The position numbers and the translations under genes were made by a program. The notes beneath the pieces are model-generated. The model had not been told where the DNA came from and ran no database searches. It saw only the letters and a program-made list of their open reading frames with translations. From the NCBI RefSeq assembly GCF_000010065.1, contig NC_006576.1, positions 960,001 to 992,000 on the forward strand: a stretch of 32,000 nucleotides of DNA. Reading direction: 5' to 3'. This document shows, in pieces, positions 8,212 to 18,176 of this stretch (position 1 is its first letter; every line of letters begins with the position of its first letter). This stretch comes from Synechococcus elongatus PCC 6301 (GTDB lineage Bacteria; Cyanobacteriota; Cyanobacteriia; Synechococcales; Synechococcaceae).

Positions 8212-9597
8212 TTAGTCGAGGTCTCTCATTGCGAGCACGGGTTCGGTCGCGCGATCGATACCTTTCTCAAAGCCTGCAGCAGCTGCACGAGCGCGGCCTG
8301 CATGCCAGAGGTGACCGACCAAGAAGAAGAAGGCCAAGACGAAGTGGCTGGTCGCCGACCAAGCACGGGGAGACACGAAGTTCACCGAGTTGATTTCCGT
8401 TGCCACACCACCCACAGAGTTCAGCGAACCCAGCGGTGCGTGGGTCATGTACTCAGCCGCACGACGGGCTTGCCAAGGCTGAATGTCATTGGTCAGCTTG
8501 TCGAGATCCAGACCATTCGGTCCACGCAGGGGCTCCAGCCAAGGGCCACGGAAGTCCCAGAAGCGCATGGTTTCGCCACCGAAGATGATCTCGCCGGTAG
8601 GAGAGCGCATCAGGTATTTACCCAGACCGGTCGGGCCTTGAGCTGAACCGATGTTGGCACCGAGGCGTTGGTCACGCACCAAGAAGGTGAAGGCTTGCGA
8701 TTGCGAAGCTTCAGCAGCGGTCGGGCCAAAGAACTCGGAAGGATAGACGGTGTTGTTGTACCAAACCATCGTCGAGGCAATGAAGCCCATCAACGACAGG
8801 GCACCCAAGCTGTAGGAGAGGTAAGCTTCGCCATTCCAGATGAAGGCGCGACGCACCCAGCCAAAAGGCTTGGTCAGGATGTGCCAGATACCACCCGAAA
8901 TGCAGATCAGACCAATCCAGATATGGCCGCCAATCACGTCTTCAAGGTTGTCGACGCTGACAATCCAGCCGTCGCCACCAAAGGGTGATTTCAGCAGGTA
9001 GCCGAAGATCACAGCCGGGTTGAGGGTTGGGTTGGAGATGATGCGGACATCGCCACCACCCGGCGCCCAGGTGTCATAGACACCGCCGAAGAACATGGCC
9101 TTAAAGACCAGCAAGAAGGCACCTAAGCCCAGCAGAATCAGGTGATAACCAATGATGTTGGTCATCTGATTCTTGTCTTTCCAGTCTTGGCTGAAGAAGG
9201 TGCTGTACTCTTCCAGCGACTCAGGGCCGCGCAGGGCGTGGTAGATCCCACCCAAACCCAGAACGGCGGAAGAAATGAGGTGCAGAACCCCAACCACAAA
9301 GTAGGGGAAGGTATCGACGACTTCGCCACCAGGGCCAACGCCCCAGCCGAGGGTCGCCAAGTGCGAGAGCAGGATGATGCCTTGCTCGTACATCGGTTTT
9401 TCGGGGACAAAGTGCGCGACTTCAAACAGCGTCATCGCACCAGCCCAGAAGACGATCAAGCCAGCATGAGCGACGTGAGCGCCCAGCAGCTTACCGGACA
9501 GGTTGATCAAACGGGCATTGCCGGACCACCAAGCGTAACCGGTGGAGTCAATATCCCGGCCGCCTGCGATCACGGAAGGACTAGAGAGCGTTACCAC
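8212..9597 (-). CDS. psbC: Photosystem II CP43 chlorophyll apoprotein
   Basis: Unmistakable CP43 sequence: [47 protein letters not shown]...AMRDLD. The start codon at 9597-9595 is GTG and lies inside the psbD 3' end. Confidence 0.98.
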   Translation of the reverse strand: MVTLSSPSVIAGGRDIDSTGYAWWSGNARLINLSGKLLGAHVAHAGLIVFWAGAMTLFEVAHFVPEKPMYEQGIILLSHLATLGWGVGPGGEVVDTFPYFVVGVLHLISSAVLGLGGIYHALRGPESLEEYSTFFSQDWKDKNQMTNIIGYHLILLGLGAFLLVFKAMFFGGVYDTWAPGGGDVRIISNPTLNPAVIFGYLLKSPFGGDGWIVSVDNLEDVIGGHIWIGLICISGGIWHILTKPFGWVRRAFIWNGEAYLSYSLGALSLMGFIASTMVWYNNTVYPSEFFGPTAAEASQSQAFTFLVRDQRLGANIGSAQGPTGLGKYLMRSPTGEIIFGGETMRFWDFRGPWLEPLRGPNGLDLDKLTNDIQPWQARRAAEYMTHAPLGSLNSVGGVATEINSVNFVSPRAWSATSHFVLAFFFLVGHLWHAGRARAAAAGFEKGIDRATEPVLAMRDLD

Positions 9598-10639
9598 GGG
9601 GCAGAACCTCTTCGGGGAAGACGAATTTTTCGTGCGGTTGGTCTTGCGGTGCCATCCAGGCCCGAATCCCTTCGTTCAACAAGATGTTCTTCGTGTAGAA
9701 CGTCTCAAATTCCGGATCCTCAGCGGCCCGCAGCTCCTGCGACACGAAGTCGTACGCCCGCAGGTTCAACGCCAAACCTACAATCCCGATCGAGCTCATC
9801 CACAAGCCCGTCACCGGCACGAACAGCATGAAAAAGTGCAGCCACCGCTTGTTCGAAAACGCAATCCCGAAAATCTGGCTCCAAAAACGGTTCGCCGTCA
9901 CCATCGAGTACGTCTCTTCGGCCTGCGTCGGCTCAAATGCCCGGAAGGTGTTCGATTGCTCTGAATCCTCGAACAGGGTGTTCTCCACCGTCGCACCGTG
10001 AATGGCGCACAGCAATGCCCCACCCAAAATCCCGGCCACGCCCATCATGTGGAATGGGTTCAAGGTCCAGTTGTGGAACCCTTGCAGGAACAACAAAAAC
10101 CGGAAAATCGCTGCCACGCCAAAGCTCGGAGCGAAGAACCAGCTCGATTGACCCAACGGGTACATCAAGAACACCGACACGAACACTGCGATCGGACCCG
10201 AAAAGGCGATCGCGTTGTACGGACGGACGCCCACCAACCGCGCAATCTCAAATTGACGCAGCATGAACCCAATCAGGCCGAAGGCGCCGTGCAGTGCTAC
10301 GAAGTTCCACAAGCCACCCAACTGGCACCAACGCACGAAGTTCCCTTGTGCCTCGGGGCCCCACAGCAGCATCAACGAATGCCCAAACGCATCCGCTGGG
10401 GTGCTCACTGCTACGGTCAAAAAGTTGCCGCCTTCTAAGTACGAAGACGCGATGCCGTGGGTGTACCACGACGTCACAAAGCTGGTCCCGGTCAACCACC
10501 CGCCCAGTGCTAAATACGCACAGGGAAACAGCAGCAACCCTGACCAACCCACAAATACAAATCGGTCGCGCTTCAGCCAGTCGTCGAGGACGTCAAACCA
10601 TCCCCGCTCCGCTGGCGCTCGCCCTACTGCAATCGTCAT
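9581..10639 (-). CDS. psbD: Photosystem II D2 protein (the psbC-linked copy, psbDI type)
   Basis: 352 aa. [51 protein letters not shown]...[12 protein letters not shown] is canonical D2. Confidence 0.98.
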   Translation of the reverse strand: MTIAVGRAPAERGWFDVLDDWLKRDRFVFVGWSGLLLFPCAYLALGGWLTGTSFVTSWYTHGIASSYLEGGNFLTVAVSTPADAFGHSLMLLWGPEAQGNFVRWCQLGGLWNFVALHGAFGLIGFMLRQFEIARLVGVRPYNAIAFSGPIAVFVSVFLMYPLGQSSWFFAPSFGVAAIFRFLLFLQGFHNWTLNPFHMMGVAGILGGALLCAIHGATVENTLFEDSEQSNTFRAFEPTQAEETYSMVTANRFWSQIFGIAFSNKRWLHFFMLFVPVTGLWMSSIGIVGLALNLRAYDFVSQELRAAEDPEFETFYTKNILLNEGIRAWMAPQDQPHEKFVFPEEVLPRGNAL

Positions 10640-10697
10640 TGGATCTAAAACCTCTTGCCGTACTGAAATCAGAACGTTTCAGCAAGTTGTCCACCCC

Positions 10698-10725
10698 ATG
10701 ATATCGGCTCCAAGGATTTTTACAA
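10698..10725 (-). promoter_or_regulatory. Candidate psbDC promoter
   Basis: On the minus strand: TTGTAA (10725-10720), a 16-nt spacer, then TATCAT (10703-10698), about 55-60 nt upstream of the psbD ATG. A small 6-bp hairpin (CTGAAA/TTTCAG, 10663-10682) lies in the predicted 5' UTR. Confidence 0.35.
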
Positions 10726-10861
10726 TCCGACACGAATTGCTCAGAGACCTTTGGGGGCAAGCCTTTGAGCAGATCTACTCATTGAAATCGCAGAAACTGC
10801 CCCTCTCAGGCCAGCACGACCTAAGATCGAGACCGGAACTCATACGCTGACGTCATCTCCT

Positions 10862-11428
10862 ATGCCGAGCCCCGTAGCGACCGTTGAGACGGATTCTTTA
10901 CAGCAGCCAATCTTGGGATCCCGCCGCCCCAGCAACTATTTTTGGGCGATCGCGGTTTCGGTCGGGGGGACCGGATTTCTGCTGGCGGGCCTGTCCAGCT
11001 ACCTGCAGGTCAATCTGTTGCCCTTTTCCGAGCCGACCCGACTGGCCTTTTTGCCCCAAGGACTGGTGATGGGCCTTTACGGGATCGCAGCCATCCTCTT
11101 GGCCAGCTACCTCTGGTTTGTGATCAGCCTCGATGTCGGCGGTGGCTATAACGCCTTCGATCGCAAAACTCAGAAAGCCACCATCTTTCGCTGGGGCTTC
11201 CCGGGCAAAAATCGTCGCGTTGAAATCACCTATCCCCTCAGCGATATCCAAGCGGTGCGCGTGGACATTAAAGAAGGCCTGAACCCCAAGCGGGCCCTCT
11301 ACCTCAAGGTCAAAGGTCGGGGTGACGTTCCCCTAACGCGAGTTGGGCAGCCGCTACCGCTAACGGAACTGGAATCGCAGGGCGCTGAGCTGGCTCGTTT
11401 TCTGGCCGTGCCTCTGGAGGGCCTCTAA
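10862..11428 (+). CDS. ycf4: Photosystem I assembly protein Ycf4
   Basis: 188 aa with two N-terminal TMs. Characteristic sequence: [27 protein letters not shown]...[19 protein letters not shown]...GGYNAFDRK...[12 protein letters not shown]. Confidence 0.93.
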   Translation: MPSPVATVETDSLQQPILGSRRPSNYFWAIAVSVGGTGFLLAGLSSYLQVNLLPFSEPTRLAFLPQGLVMGLYGIAAILLASYLWFVISLDVGGGYNAFDRKTQKATIFRWGFPGKNRRVEITYPLSDIQAVRVDIKEGLNPKRALYLKVKGRGDVPLTRVGQPLPLTELESQGAELARFLAVPLEGL

Positions 11429-11429
11429 G

Positions 11430-12161
11430 ATGCGATCGCTGATCCAAGTTGCCGCCCAAGGACTCCTGATCGGTCTGGTGGCCTGGGGCTTAGTTGCCTG
11501 CAGTGGCAGTACCACCTCCCTCTCTGCAGCCAATGCCAATCCTGAGGACGTGGGACGCCTATACCCCGACATCCCTCGTCTGGAGGGCAATGCCACCGTT
11601 GTGCTGACGGTCAATAATCAGCCGATCGAGATCGAAGTCCTTGGAAAAGATGCGCCGCTTACCGCTGGCAATTTTGTTGACCTCGTCTCTAAAGGAGTTT
11701 ACGACGGCACCAGCTTTCACCGCGTGGTGAAAGAACCGCAGCCCTTTGTGGTTCAAGGTGGCGATCCACAAAGCAAAGATCCCAAAGTGCCGGCCCAGCA
11801 ACTGGGCACTGGGTCCTACCAAGATCCCAATACGAAACAGCCACGCTACTTACCCTTAGAAATTACGCCTGAGGGCGCAAGCCAGCCGGTCTATAGCCGG
11901 ACGCTGGAACAAGCGAGCGTTAGCCGGCCACCAAAATTGCGGCATCAACGCGGTGCGGTCGCCATGGCCCGCGCATCCTTCCCTGATTCGGCATCTAGCC
12001 AGTTCTACATCGCACTGTCGGATTTGGGCTTTTTGGATGGAAACTATGCTGTCTTCGGCTATGTCCGCAGCGATATGACGGTCGTCGATCGCATCAAACA
12101 GGGCGATCGCATCCAATCAGCTAAGGTCACAGCAGGTCTGGACAACCTCAAACGCCCATGA
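11430..12161 (+). CDS. Cyclophilin-type peptidyl-prolyl cis-trans isomerase, probable lipoprotein
   Basis: Lipobox LVACSG after a signal peptide. Cyclophilin motifs: [59 protein letters not shown]. It starts 1 nt after the ycf4 stop. Confidence 0.9.
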   Translation: MRSLIQVAAQGLLIGLVAWGLVACSGSTTSLSAANANPEDVGRLYPDIPRLEGNATVVLTVNNQPIEIEVLGKDAPLTAGNFVDLVSKGVYDGTSFHRVVKEPQPFVVQGGDPQSKDPKVPAQQLGTGSYQDPNTKQPRYLPLEITPEGASQPVYSRTLEQASVSRPPKLRHQRGAVAMARASFPDSASSQFYIALSDLGFLDGNYAVFGYVRSDMTVVDRIKQGDRIQSAKVTAGLDNLKRP

Positions 12162-13747
12162 GTGGGTCAGCCCTGCGTTCTGTCTTGAATCAGTTGCCGG
12201 CCAGAGTGGCACAAGGGCTGCACCAGAGTGATGCTTTCTGGCGATCGCTGCGTTGGGGGCAACTGCCGACACCGCAGTGGGTCAGCGAATCGGCTGATCC
12301 GCTCGGCTCCTGCGATCTGGATGTCCTCGTCGCGGGAGGTACCTTGGGGCTTTTGCCTGCACTGGGCCTGCAGCGTCAGGGGTGGCGTGTTGGCCTCTGG
12401 GAACGCGGCATGGTCCAGGGGCGTGATCAGGAATGGAATATTTCGCGGCATGAGCTGGCCGTTTTGGTTGAGCTGGAACTACTGACAGCGGAGGAGCTCG
12501 AAGCGGCGATCGCGACAGAATTTCCAGCAGCCCGCATCGCTTTTCCCGGTAGCGCCGAGTTGTGGGTCGAAGGCATCCTCAACATTGGTATTTCTCCACG
12601 ACGCCTGATTGCGACGCTGCTTCAGCATTTTCGTGAGCAAGGCGGGCAAGTCTTCGAACAGACCGCGATCGATCGCGTCAGTGTCCATCCCGATGGGGTT
12701 GTCATTGGGGCAGGGTCACAGCGTTGGTCGGGGCGGCTGCTCCTAGATGCCTTGGGGCACTTTTCACCGATCGCGCGTCAAGCTCGAGCGGGTGCAAAAC
12801 CCGATGCCATTTGCCTCGTTGTTGGTGGCTGTGCCCAGGGCTTCCCCGCCAGCGATCGCGGCGATTTGTTTGTTTCGCGATCGCCCATCCAACAACAGCG
12901 CCAGTCCTTTTGGGAAGCTTTTCCAGCAGCAGAGGGTCGCACCGCTTATCTCTTTACCTATATCGACGCCCAGCCAGCTCGTCCGAGTCTGCGATCGCTG
13001 CTAGAGGAGTATCTAGCGGCCTTGCCGGAGTACCAGGGCGTGGATTTGCAACAGTTGCAGTGGAAACGCCTGTTGTGGGGAATTCTCCCTAGCTATCGCC
13101 AAAGCCCTCTCCAAAGTCCTTGGAATCGGATTCTCGCGATCGGCGACAGCAGTAGCGCCCAGTCTCCCCTTAGTTTTGGCGGTTTTGGCGCATTGTTGCG
13201 GCATTTGGAGCGACTCTGCCGTGGCATCCACGAAGCACTGCTCGCTGATTGCCTGCAAGCTGCCGATCTAGCGCTGTTACAACCCCATCAGCCCAACTTG
13301 GCTGTGACCTGGCTGTTTCAGCAGAGTATGACGGTGCCCCTCGATCGCTCCTTGCCCCCAGAACGGATCAACGAGCTACTGGGGCGAATCTTCGCCGTGA
13401 TGGAGAGCTTGGGTCCCCAGACCCTCCGTCCTTTCCTGCAGGATGTGGTGCAGTTTCAGCCCTTGGCCAAAACCCTGTTGATGACGACGCTGCTTCATCC
13501 AGTCTTGGTGGCAAAACTGTTGCCGCAGCTGGGACTTCAACCCTTGCTGCAGTGGCTGCCGCAATTTTTGCAGCTTAGTCTCTATCGATCACTCGCGATC
13601 GCTGGCGAACCCACAGACTGGCTCAAAGTCTGCGATCGCGATCGCTTCCGCCAGCGCCGCCGCCAAGAGGCCTGGTTCTACGGATCGGGCTGCGACTATG
13701 CTGCCCCCCTCAAAAGCTCAGTGGATCGACATCGATCAATAAATTGA
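12158..13747 (+). CDS. FAD-dependent oxidoreductase, CruA/CruP-like lycopene-cyclase-family protein
   Basis: 529 aa. The ATG overlaps the cyclophilin TGA (ATGA). Dinucleotide-binding N-terminus [15 protein letters not shown] followed by [12 protein letters not shown], which I recall as typical of CruP-type proteins. The family call is from memory. Confidence 0.5.
   Translation: MSGSALRSVLNQLPARVAQGLHQSDAFWRSLRWGQLPTPQWVSESADPLGSCDLDVLVAGGTLGLLPALGLQRQGWRVGLWERGMVQGRDQEWNISRHELAVLVELELLTAEELEAAIATEFPAARIAFPGSAELWVEGILNIGISPRRLIATLLQHFREQGGQVFEQTAIDRVSVHPDGVVIGAGSQRWSGRLLLDALGHFSPIARQARAGAKPDAICLVVGGCAQGFPASDRGDLFVSRSPIQQQRQSFWEAFPAAEGRTAYLFTYIDAQPARPSLRSLLEEYLAALPEYQGVDLQQLQWKRLLWGILPSYRQSPLQSPWNRILAIGDSSSAQSPLSFGGFGALLRHLERLCRGIHEALLADCLQAADLALLQPHQPNLAVTWLFQQSMTVPLDRSLPPERINELLGRIFAVMESLGPQTLRPFLQDVVQFQPLAKTLLMTTLLHPVLVAKLLPQLGLQPLLQWLPQFLQLSLYRSLAIAGEPTDWLKVCDRDRFRQRRRQEAWFYGSGCDYAAPLKSSVDRHRSIN
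13632..13645. repeat. Overlapping HIP1 doublet GCGATCGCGATCGC, one example of the highly iterated palindrome found throughout the window
   Basis: The same 14-mer also occurs at 6703-6716, 23616-23629, 26425-26438 and 27058-27071. Single GCGATCGC copies occur roughly every 200-300 bp (9 in the first 2 kb). Confidence 0.95.
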
Positions 13748-16130
13748 CGCCTTTGGGGCAGCAGACACGTAGATCTGTCAGTGGCAACCACTGCCAATCG
13801 GTCTCGGGGGGTGCTTTAAGTAACAGCTGCCAGCGATGACGCCGTGCGATTCGAGCAATATTGGCCGGCGCAGGCCCCAGAAGTTCAACCCCAGCGGGCA
13901 GAATCGGGTGTAATCGGTCCGCGATCGCCTCAGCTGCAGTCATCACTACTGCTTCTTCCAAGCCCCGACAGCTCAAGAGCAGCAGCCGCTGCGCCGGCGG
14001 ATAGCCATGGGCCTGCCGCTCCTGCAGCTCTTCACCCAGGAACTGGGCATAGTTGTGGTCCAGTAAATGTGTCAGCACAGGGTGATCGGGGCAGTAGGTT
14101 TGGACGATCACACGGCCGGGGCGATCGCCTCGACCGGCTCGACCCGCCACTTGGATTAGGGTCTGCAGCGATCGCTCACTAGCACGAAAGTCGGGCATGT
14201 GCAGCAACCCGTCCGCCGCCACCACACCAACGAGCGTCACCTCTGGCAGATCAATTCCCTTGGTCAGCATTTGAGTGCCCACCAATAAACTGGCGGGCTG
14301 CGATCGAAATTGATCGAGCACTTTTTGATGGCCTCCTTTTTGGCGTGTCGTATCACTGTCGTAGCGATAGACGGCGAGTTCGGGAAACAGCCGTTTGACT
14401 TCGGCTTCCACCCGCTGACTACCGCTACCGAAGTTTTTGAGATAGGGCGAATCACAGGCCGGACAACGTTGCGGCTGGGCTTGGGTGTAGTTGCAGTAGT
14501 GGCAGCGCAGCAGCGACTGATTGAGGACCTGATCGAGGTGGTAAGAGAGCGAGACATCGCAGTGAGGACAGCCGATCGGCGTGCCGCAGGCGCGACAGGA
14601 AACAAAGGTGCTGTGCCCCCGCCGATGGATAAAGAGGATGCCTTGCTCGCCCCGCGCTTGTAGGTCAACGAGGGCTTGCTGTAGTTTCGTGCTGAAGATT
14701 GAACGGTTACCGTTGGCTAGCTCTTGGCGCAGATCAACAATCTCAACTGGCGGTAGCGTTCGCGCCTCAACCCGATCGGGCAGCGCTAGGTAGCGAGTTT
14801 GAGCCTCAGCACCTTGCGTGGCCGCCCAAGTTTCCAGATCTGGGGTGGCAGACCCCAGCAGGAGCGGACAACCCTCCCATTGCGATCGCCAGTGGGCAAC
14901 CTGGCGTGCGTGGTAGCAGGGCGGAGTCTGCTCTTGTTTAAAGCTGCTGTCGTGCTCCTCATCCAAAATGATCAGGCCCAGATTGGGTAGGGGGGCAAAC
15001 ACCGCCGATCGCGTTCCGATCACCACCCGCGCACCACCCAACAACATCTGACGCCAAGCGTCGTAGCGTTCGCCATCCGAGAGGCCGCTGTGATAGAGGC
15101 AGAGGCGATCGCCGCCAAAGCGCTGCTGAAAACGCTCGGTCAGTTGCGGCGTCAGGCCAATTTCTGGGACCAGCACCAGCACCGATCGCTGCTGATCCAA
15201 GAGAGGCGCAATCGCCTGCAGATAGACCTCGGTTTTGCCGGAACCGGTAACGCCGTGGAGCAACAAAGTTTCACCAGCGCCAGCCTGCTGAATTTGAGCC
15301 AAGGCAGCGGCTTGAGCCGGTGTCAGCTGGCGAGGCTGATCCGCGCTCAAGTCGGTTGTTTGCAGCCCACTTCGCAGTCGTTCCTTAGGAGTGATCGCCA
15401 CACAACCCAAGACCGACAGGCGATCGAGTAAGCCTCGACTCGCGCCAGTTTGTTCTTGAAAGGATTGGAGCCAAACCTCACCCCCCAGTTGTTGAAGCTG
15501 TGCAAGGACCGCCGCCTGGCGATCGGTTAAGTGAGGCGATCGCGGCTGAACTAAGGTAATCGCGAGTTGCTGCTTCGCTTGAGTGCTCTTGCCGAGGCAG
15601 ATGTAGCTCTCGACACAGCCCGTTTGCAGGAGTTCGCGCAATCCTTGAGAAGCCTGAGGATGTTGCTGACAGAGATAGCGCCAGCTATAGCCCGTCTCAA
15701 GATTTTTCTGCAGTAGCGGCCACAGTCTCTGAGCGGCCCCCGATCGCAAGATTGGTTGGGTACCCGATCGAGCCCGAATTCGGCGTTGCGATCGCCGCAA
15801 CAGCCCCGGGGGTAGCGCAACCCGCAGCACTTGGGTCAGGGAGACCTGATAGTAGCTGGCGGTCTGTTCCAGCAGCGCCCAATAATGGGGCTGAAAAAAG
15901 CTCTGCGCTACGACCTCGTGGATTGGACGAATCCGCGTAGCGTCCAATTCGGCCGCCAACTCGCTGACTATCCGCACTACCAAGCCACCCACCAATCGAT
16001 CGCCAAAGGGCACCAAAACTACGTCACCCACTGCGATCGCAGGGCTAGCCTCGTAGGTATAGGGGGTTTCTAGCCCAGGGCAATCGACTAGAACCTCTGC
16101 CCAGGCTTGGGGTAATCCAGGATGCCTCAT
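13710..16130 (-). CDS. priA: Primosomal protein N' (replication restart helicase PriA)
   Basis: 806 aa. Walker A LLHGVTGSGKTEVY, DEEHD box, Cys-rich zinc region CRACGTPIGCPHCDVSLSYH...CHYCNY...CPAC, and a typical PriA N-terminus. Confidence 0.95.
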   Translation of the reverse strand: MRHPGLPQAWAEVLVDCPGLETPYTYEASPAIAVGDVVLVPFGDRLVGGLVVRIVSELAAELDATRIRPIHEVVAQSFFQPHYWALLEQTASYYQVSLTQVLRVALPPGLLRRSQRRIRARSGTQPILRSGAAQRLWPLLQKNLETGYSWRYLCQQHPQASQGLRELLQTGCVESYICLGKSTQAKQQLAITLVQPRSPHLTDRQAAVLAQLQQLGGEVWLQSFQEQTGASRGLLDRLSVLGCVAITPKERLRSGLQTTDLSADQPRQLTPAQAAALAQIQQAGAGETLLLHGVTGSGKTEVYLQAIAPLLDQQRSVLVLVPEIGLTPQLTERFQQRFGGDRLCLYHSGLSDGERYDAWRQMLLGGARVVIGTRSAVFAPLPNLGLIILDEEHDSSFKQEQTPPCYHARQVAHWRSQWEGCPLLLGSATPDLETWAATQGAEAQTRYLALPDRVEARTLPPVEIVDLRQELANGNRSIFSTKLQQALVDLQARGEQGILFIHRRGHSTFVSCRACGTPIGCPHCDVSLSYHLDQVLNQSLLRCHYCNYTQAQPQRCPACDSPYLKNFGSGSQRVEAEVKRLFPELAVYRYDSDTTRQKGGHQKVLDQFRSQPASLLVGTQMLTKGIDLPEVTLVGVVAADGLLHMPDFRASERSLQTLIQVAGRAGRGDRPGRVIVQTYCPDHPVLTHLLDHNYAQFLGEELQERQAHGYPPAQRLLLLSCRGLEEAVVMTAAEAIADRLHPILPAGVELLGPAPANIARIARRHRWQLLLKAPPETDWQWLPLTDLRVCCPKGVNLLIDVDPLSF

Positions 16131-16211
16131 GTCGTTAGCACACCCTCAATCCTGGCTGGACATGGCTAAGATCCGAAATCCAAGTAACCGTTGCTTTAGC
16201 GTTCCTGAATT

Positions 16212-16697
16212 ATGGTGTCCTCGCTCCAGATTCGTGCAGCCCAACCCGCAGACCTTCCCGAAATCCTGACCCTGATTCGAGAGTTGGCCAGCTTTGAGGA
16301 ACTGGAGCACCAAGTCGTCGAGGATCCAGACCTTCTCAACGAGCATTTGTTTGGGCCTCAACCCTACGCCTCTGTCCAGATTGCTGAGTGGGACGGCACA
16401 ATCGCGGGCTACGTTCTCTACTTCATGACCTACTCCAGCTTTCGCAAGCAACCCAGTCTTTATTTAGAAGATCTATTTGTGCGGCCTCGCTTTCGTCGCC
16501 AAGGCATCGCCACAGCACTGCTGCAACAGCTCGCTGCGATCGCTACTGAACGTCAGTGTGGCCGAGTTGAGTGGGCGGTGCTCGACTGGAATCAACGGGC
16601 GATCGACTTTTACGAAGGATTGGGTGCCAAGCTACTGCCCGACTGGCGAATCTGCCGTTTGGAAGGCGCTGCGATCGGCAATTTTGCTGGTCGATAG
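16212..16697 (+). CDS. GNAT-family N-acetyltransferase (diamine/SSAT-like)
   Basis: 161 aa. The acetyl-CoA binding segment is LEDLFVRPRFRRQGIATALL, and the C-terminal part reads AIDFYEGLGA. Confidence 0.85.
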   Translation: MVSSLQIRAAQPADLPEILTLIRELASFEELEHQVVEDPDLLNEHLFGPQPYASVQIAEWDGTIAGYVLYFMTYSSFRKQPSLYLEDLFVRPRFRRQGIATALLQQLAAIATERQCGRVEWAVLDWNQRAIDFYEGLGAKLLPDWRICRLEGAAIGNFAGR

Positions 16698-16827
16698 ACC
16701 AACTCAATAGCAAGCGTGCAATTTCAACAGGGCAAGCTACAATCGAAGGGTTTCGAGGCAAGACCGACAACTGGTCGTTGTTCGGTGATTGTCCGAGGGA
16801 TCTTTGACAACCCCCACTGTTCGATTT

Positions 16828-16867
16828 GCCTTTGGAGATTTGCTCTCTGCATCCAAAGGCTATTTTT
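16828..16867 (+). terminator. Terminator-like hairpin between the GNAT gene and rpoD1
   Basis: Perfect 9-bp inverted repeat GCCTTTGGA (16828-16836) / TCCAAAGGC (16852-16860) with a 15-nt loop, followed by TATTTTT. Confidence 0.55.
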
Positions 16868-16904
16868 GACGTGAGAAGGCAAAGAACCCCACTTTCTAGG
16901 CGCG

Positions 16905-18104
16905 ATGACGCAGCTGATTTCAATCGATAAGGAGCGAGAGGAAGCCGGCATGACTCAGGCCACCGAACTACTCGACCCCGCGCTCAAACCGGCGGAAACA
17001 AAGGCCAAACGGAGTAGTCGCAAAAAAGCGACAACTGCTGTTGTTGAGCCCGCAACCACGATCGCTCCGACTGCAGATGTCGACGCGATCGACGACGAGG
17101 ATTCGGTTGGTGAGGATGAAGATGCGGCGGCCAAAGCCAAAGCTAAAGTCCCCAAAACCTATACAGAAGACTCAATTCGGCTCTATCTCCAAGAGATTGG
17201 TCGAATTCGGTTGCTGCGGGCCGATGAAGAAATTGAGCTCGCCCGTCAAATCGCTGACTTGCTTGCTTTAGAACGCATTCGCGATGAGTTGCTCGAACAG
17301 CTCGATCGTTTGCCCAGCGACGCCGAGTGGGCCGCTGCTGTTGACTCGCCGCTGGATGAATTCCGCCGCCGCCTGTTCCGGGGTCGCCGCGCCAAGGACA
17401 AGATGGTGCAGTCGAACCTGCGGTTGGTGGTGTCGATCGCCAAGAAATACATGAACCGGGGTCTGTCCTTCCAAGACCTGATTCAGGAAGGTAGCTTGGG
17501 TCTGATTCGGGCTGCCGAAAAGTTTGACCACGAGAAGGGCTACAAGTTCTCGACCTACGCGACTTGGTGGATTCGCCAAGCCATCACCCGCGCGATCGCG
17601 GATCAAAGCCGCACGATCCGCCTGCCTGTTCACCTCTACGAAACCATTTCTCGCATTAAGAAAACCACCAAGCTGCTTTCTCAGGAAATGGGTCGTAAGC
17701 CCACCGAGGAGGAGATCGCCACTCGCATGGAGATGACGATCGAGAAGCTGCGGTTTATCGCTAAGTCAGCCCAGCTGCCAATTTCGCTGGAAACCCCAAT
17801 CGGTAAAGAAGAAGACTCGCGTCTGGGTGACTTCATCGAAGCTGATGGCGAAACCCCCGAAGATGAAGTCGCAAAAAACCTGCTGCGCGAAGACCTTGAA
17901 GGCGTCCTTAGCACTCTCAGCCCCCGCGAGCGCGATGTGCTGCGCCTGCGCTATGGCTTGGATGACGGCCGCATGAAAACGCTGGAAGAAATCGGCCAGT
18001 TGTTTAATGTCACCCGCGAACGCATCCGCCAGATCGAGGCGAAAGCACTGCGGAAACTGCGTCATCCCAACCGCAACAGCATCCTGAAAGAGTACATCCG
18101 CTAG
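16905..18104 (+). CDS. rpoD1: Principal (group 1) RNA polymerase sigma factor
   Basis: Regions 1.2-4.2 are all visible: [120 protein letters not shown]. An alternative start at ATG 16950 (MTQATELL) has a better Shine-Dalgarno sequence (GAGGAA) than 16905. Confidence 0.95.
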   Translation: MTQLISIDKEREEAGMTQATELLDPALKPAETKAKRSSRKKATTAVVEPATTIAPTADVDAIDDEDSVGEDEDAAAKAKAKVPKTYTEDSIRLYLQEIGRIRLLRADEEIELARQIADLLALERIRDELLEQLDRLPSDAEWAAAVDSPLDEFRRRLFRGRRAKDKMVQSNLRLVVSIAKKYMNRGLSFQDLIQEGSLGLIRAAEKFDHEKGYKFSTYATWWIRQAITRAIADQSRTIRLPVHLYETISRIKKTTKLLSQEMGRKPTEEEIATRMEMTIEKLRFIAKSAQLPISLETPIGKEEDSRLGDFIEADGETPEDEVAKNLLREDLEGVLSTLSPRERDVLRLRYGLDDGRMKTLEEIGQLFNVTRERIRQIEAKALRKLRHPNRNSILKEYIR

Positions 18105-18135
18105 GATCTACGCTTCATTACCTCAGTGAATTAAC

Positions 18136-18169
18136 AAGCTGCTCGAGATAGTCTTGGGCAGCTTTTTTA
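18136..18169 (+). terminator. Rho-independent terminator of rpoD1
   Basis: AAGCTGC(TC) at 18136-18144 pairs with (GG)GCAGCTT at 18156-18164, and the sequence runs into T6. Confidence 0.7.
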
Positions 18170-18176
18170 TTAGCAT

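Noticed and set aside
10718-10737. Possible RpaB HLR1 element (TTTACAAT-cc-GACACGAA) at the psbD promoter
   Set aside because: Only the first half-site fits the (G/T)TTACA(T/A)(T/A) consensus. The second matches 5 of 8 positions. That is not enough to call a binding site from sequence alone.
8206-10850. Multiple + strand ORFs (8206..8646, 9142..9831, 9542..9964, 9998..10438, 10263..10850 and others) across psbC and psbD
   Set aside because: psbC and psbD on the minus strand are certain. These are shadow frames.
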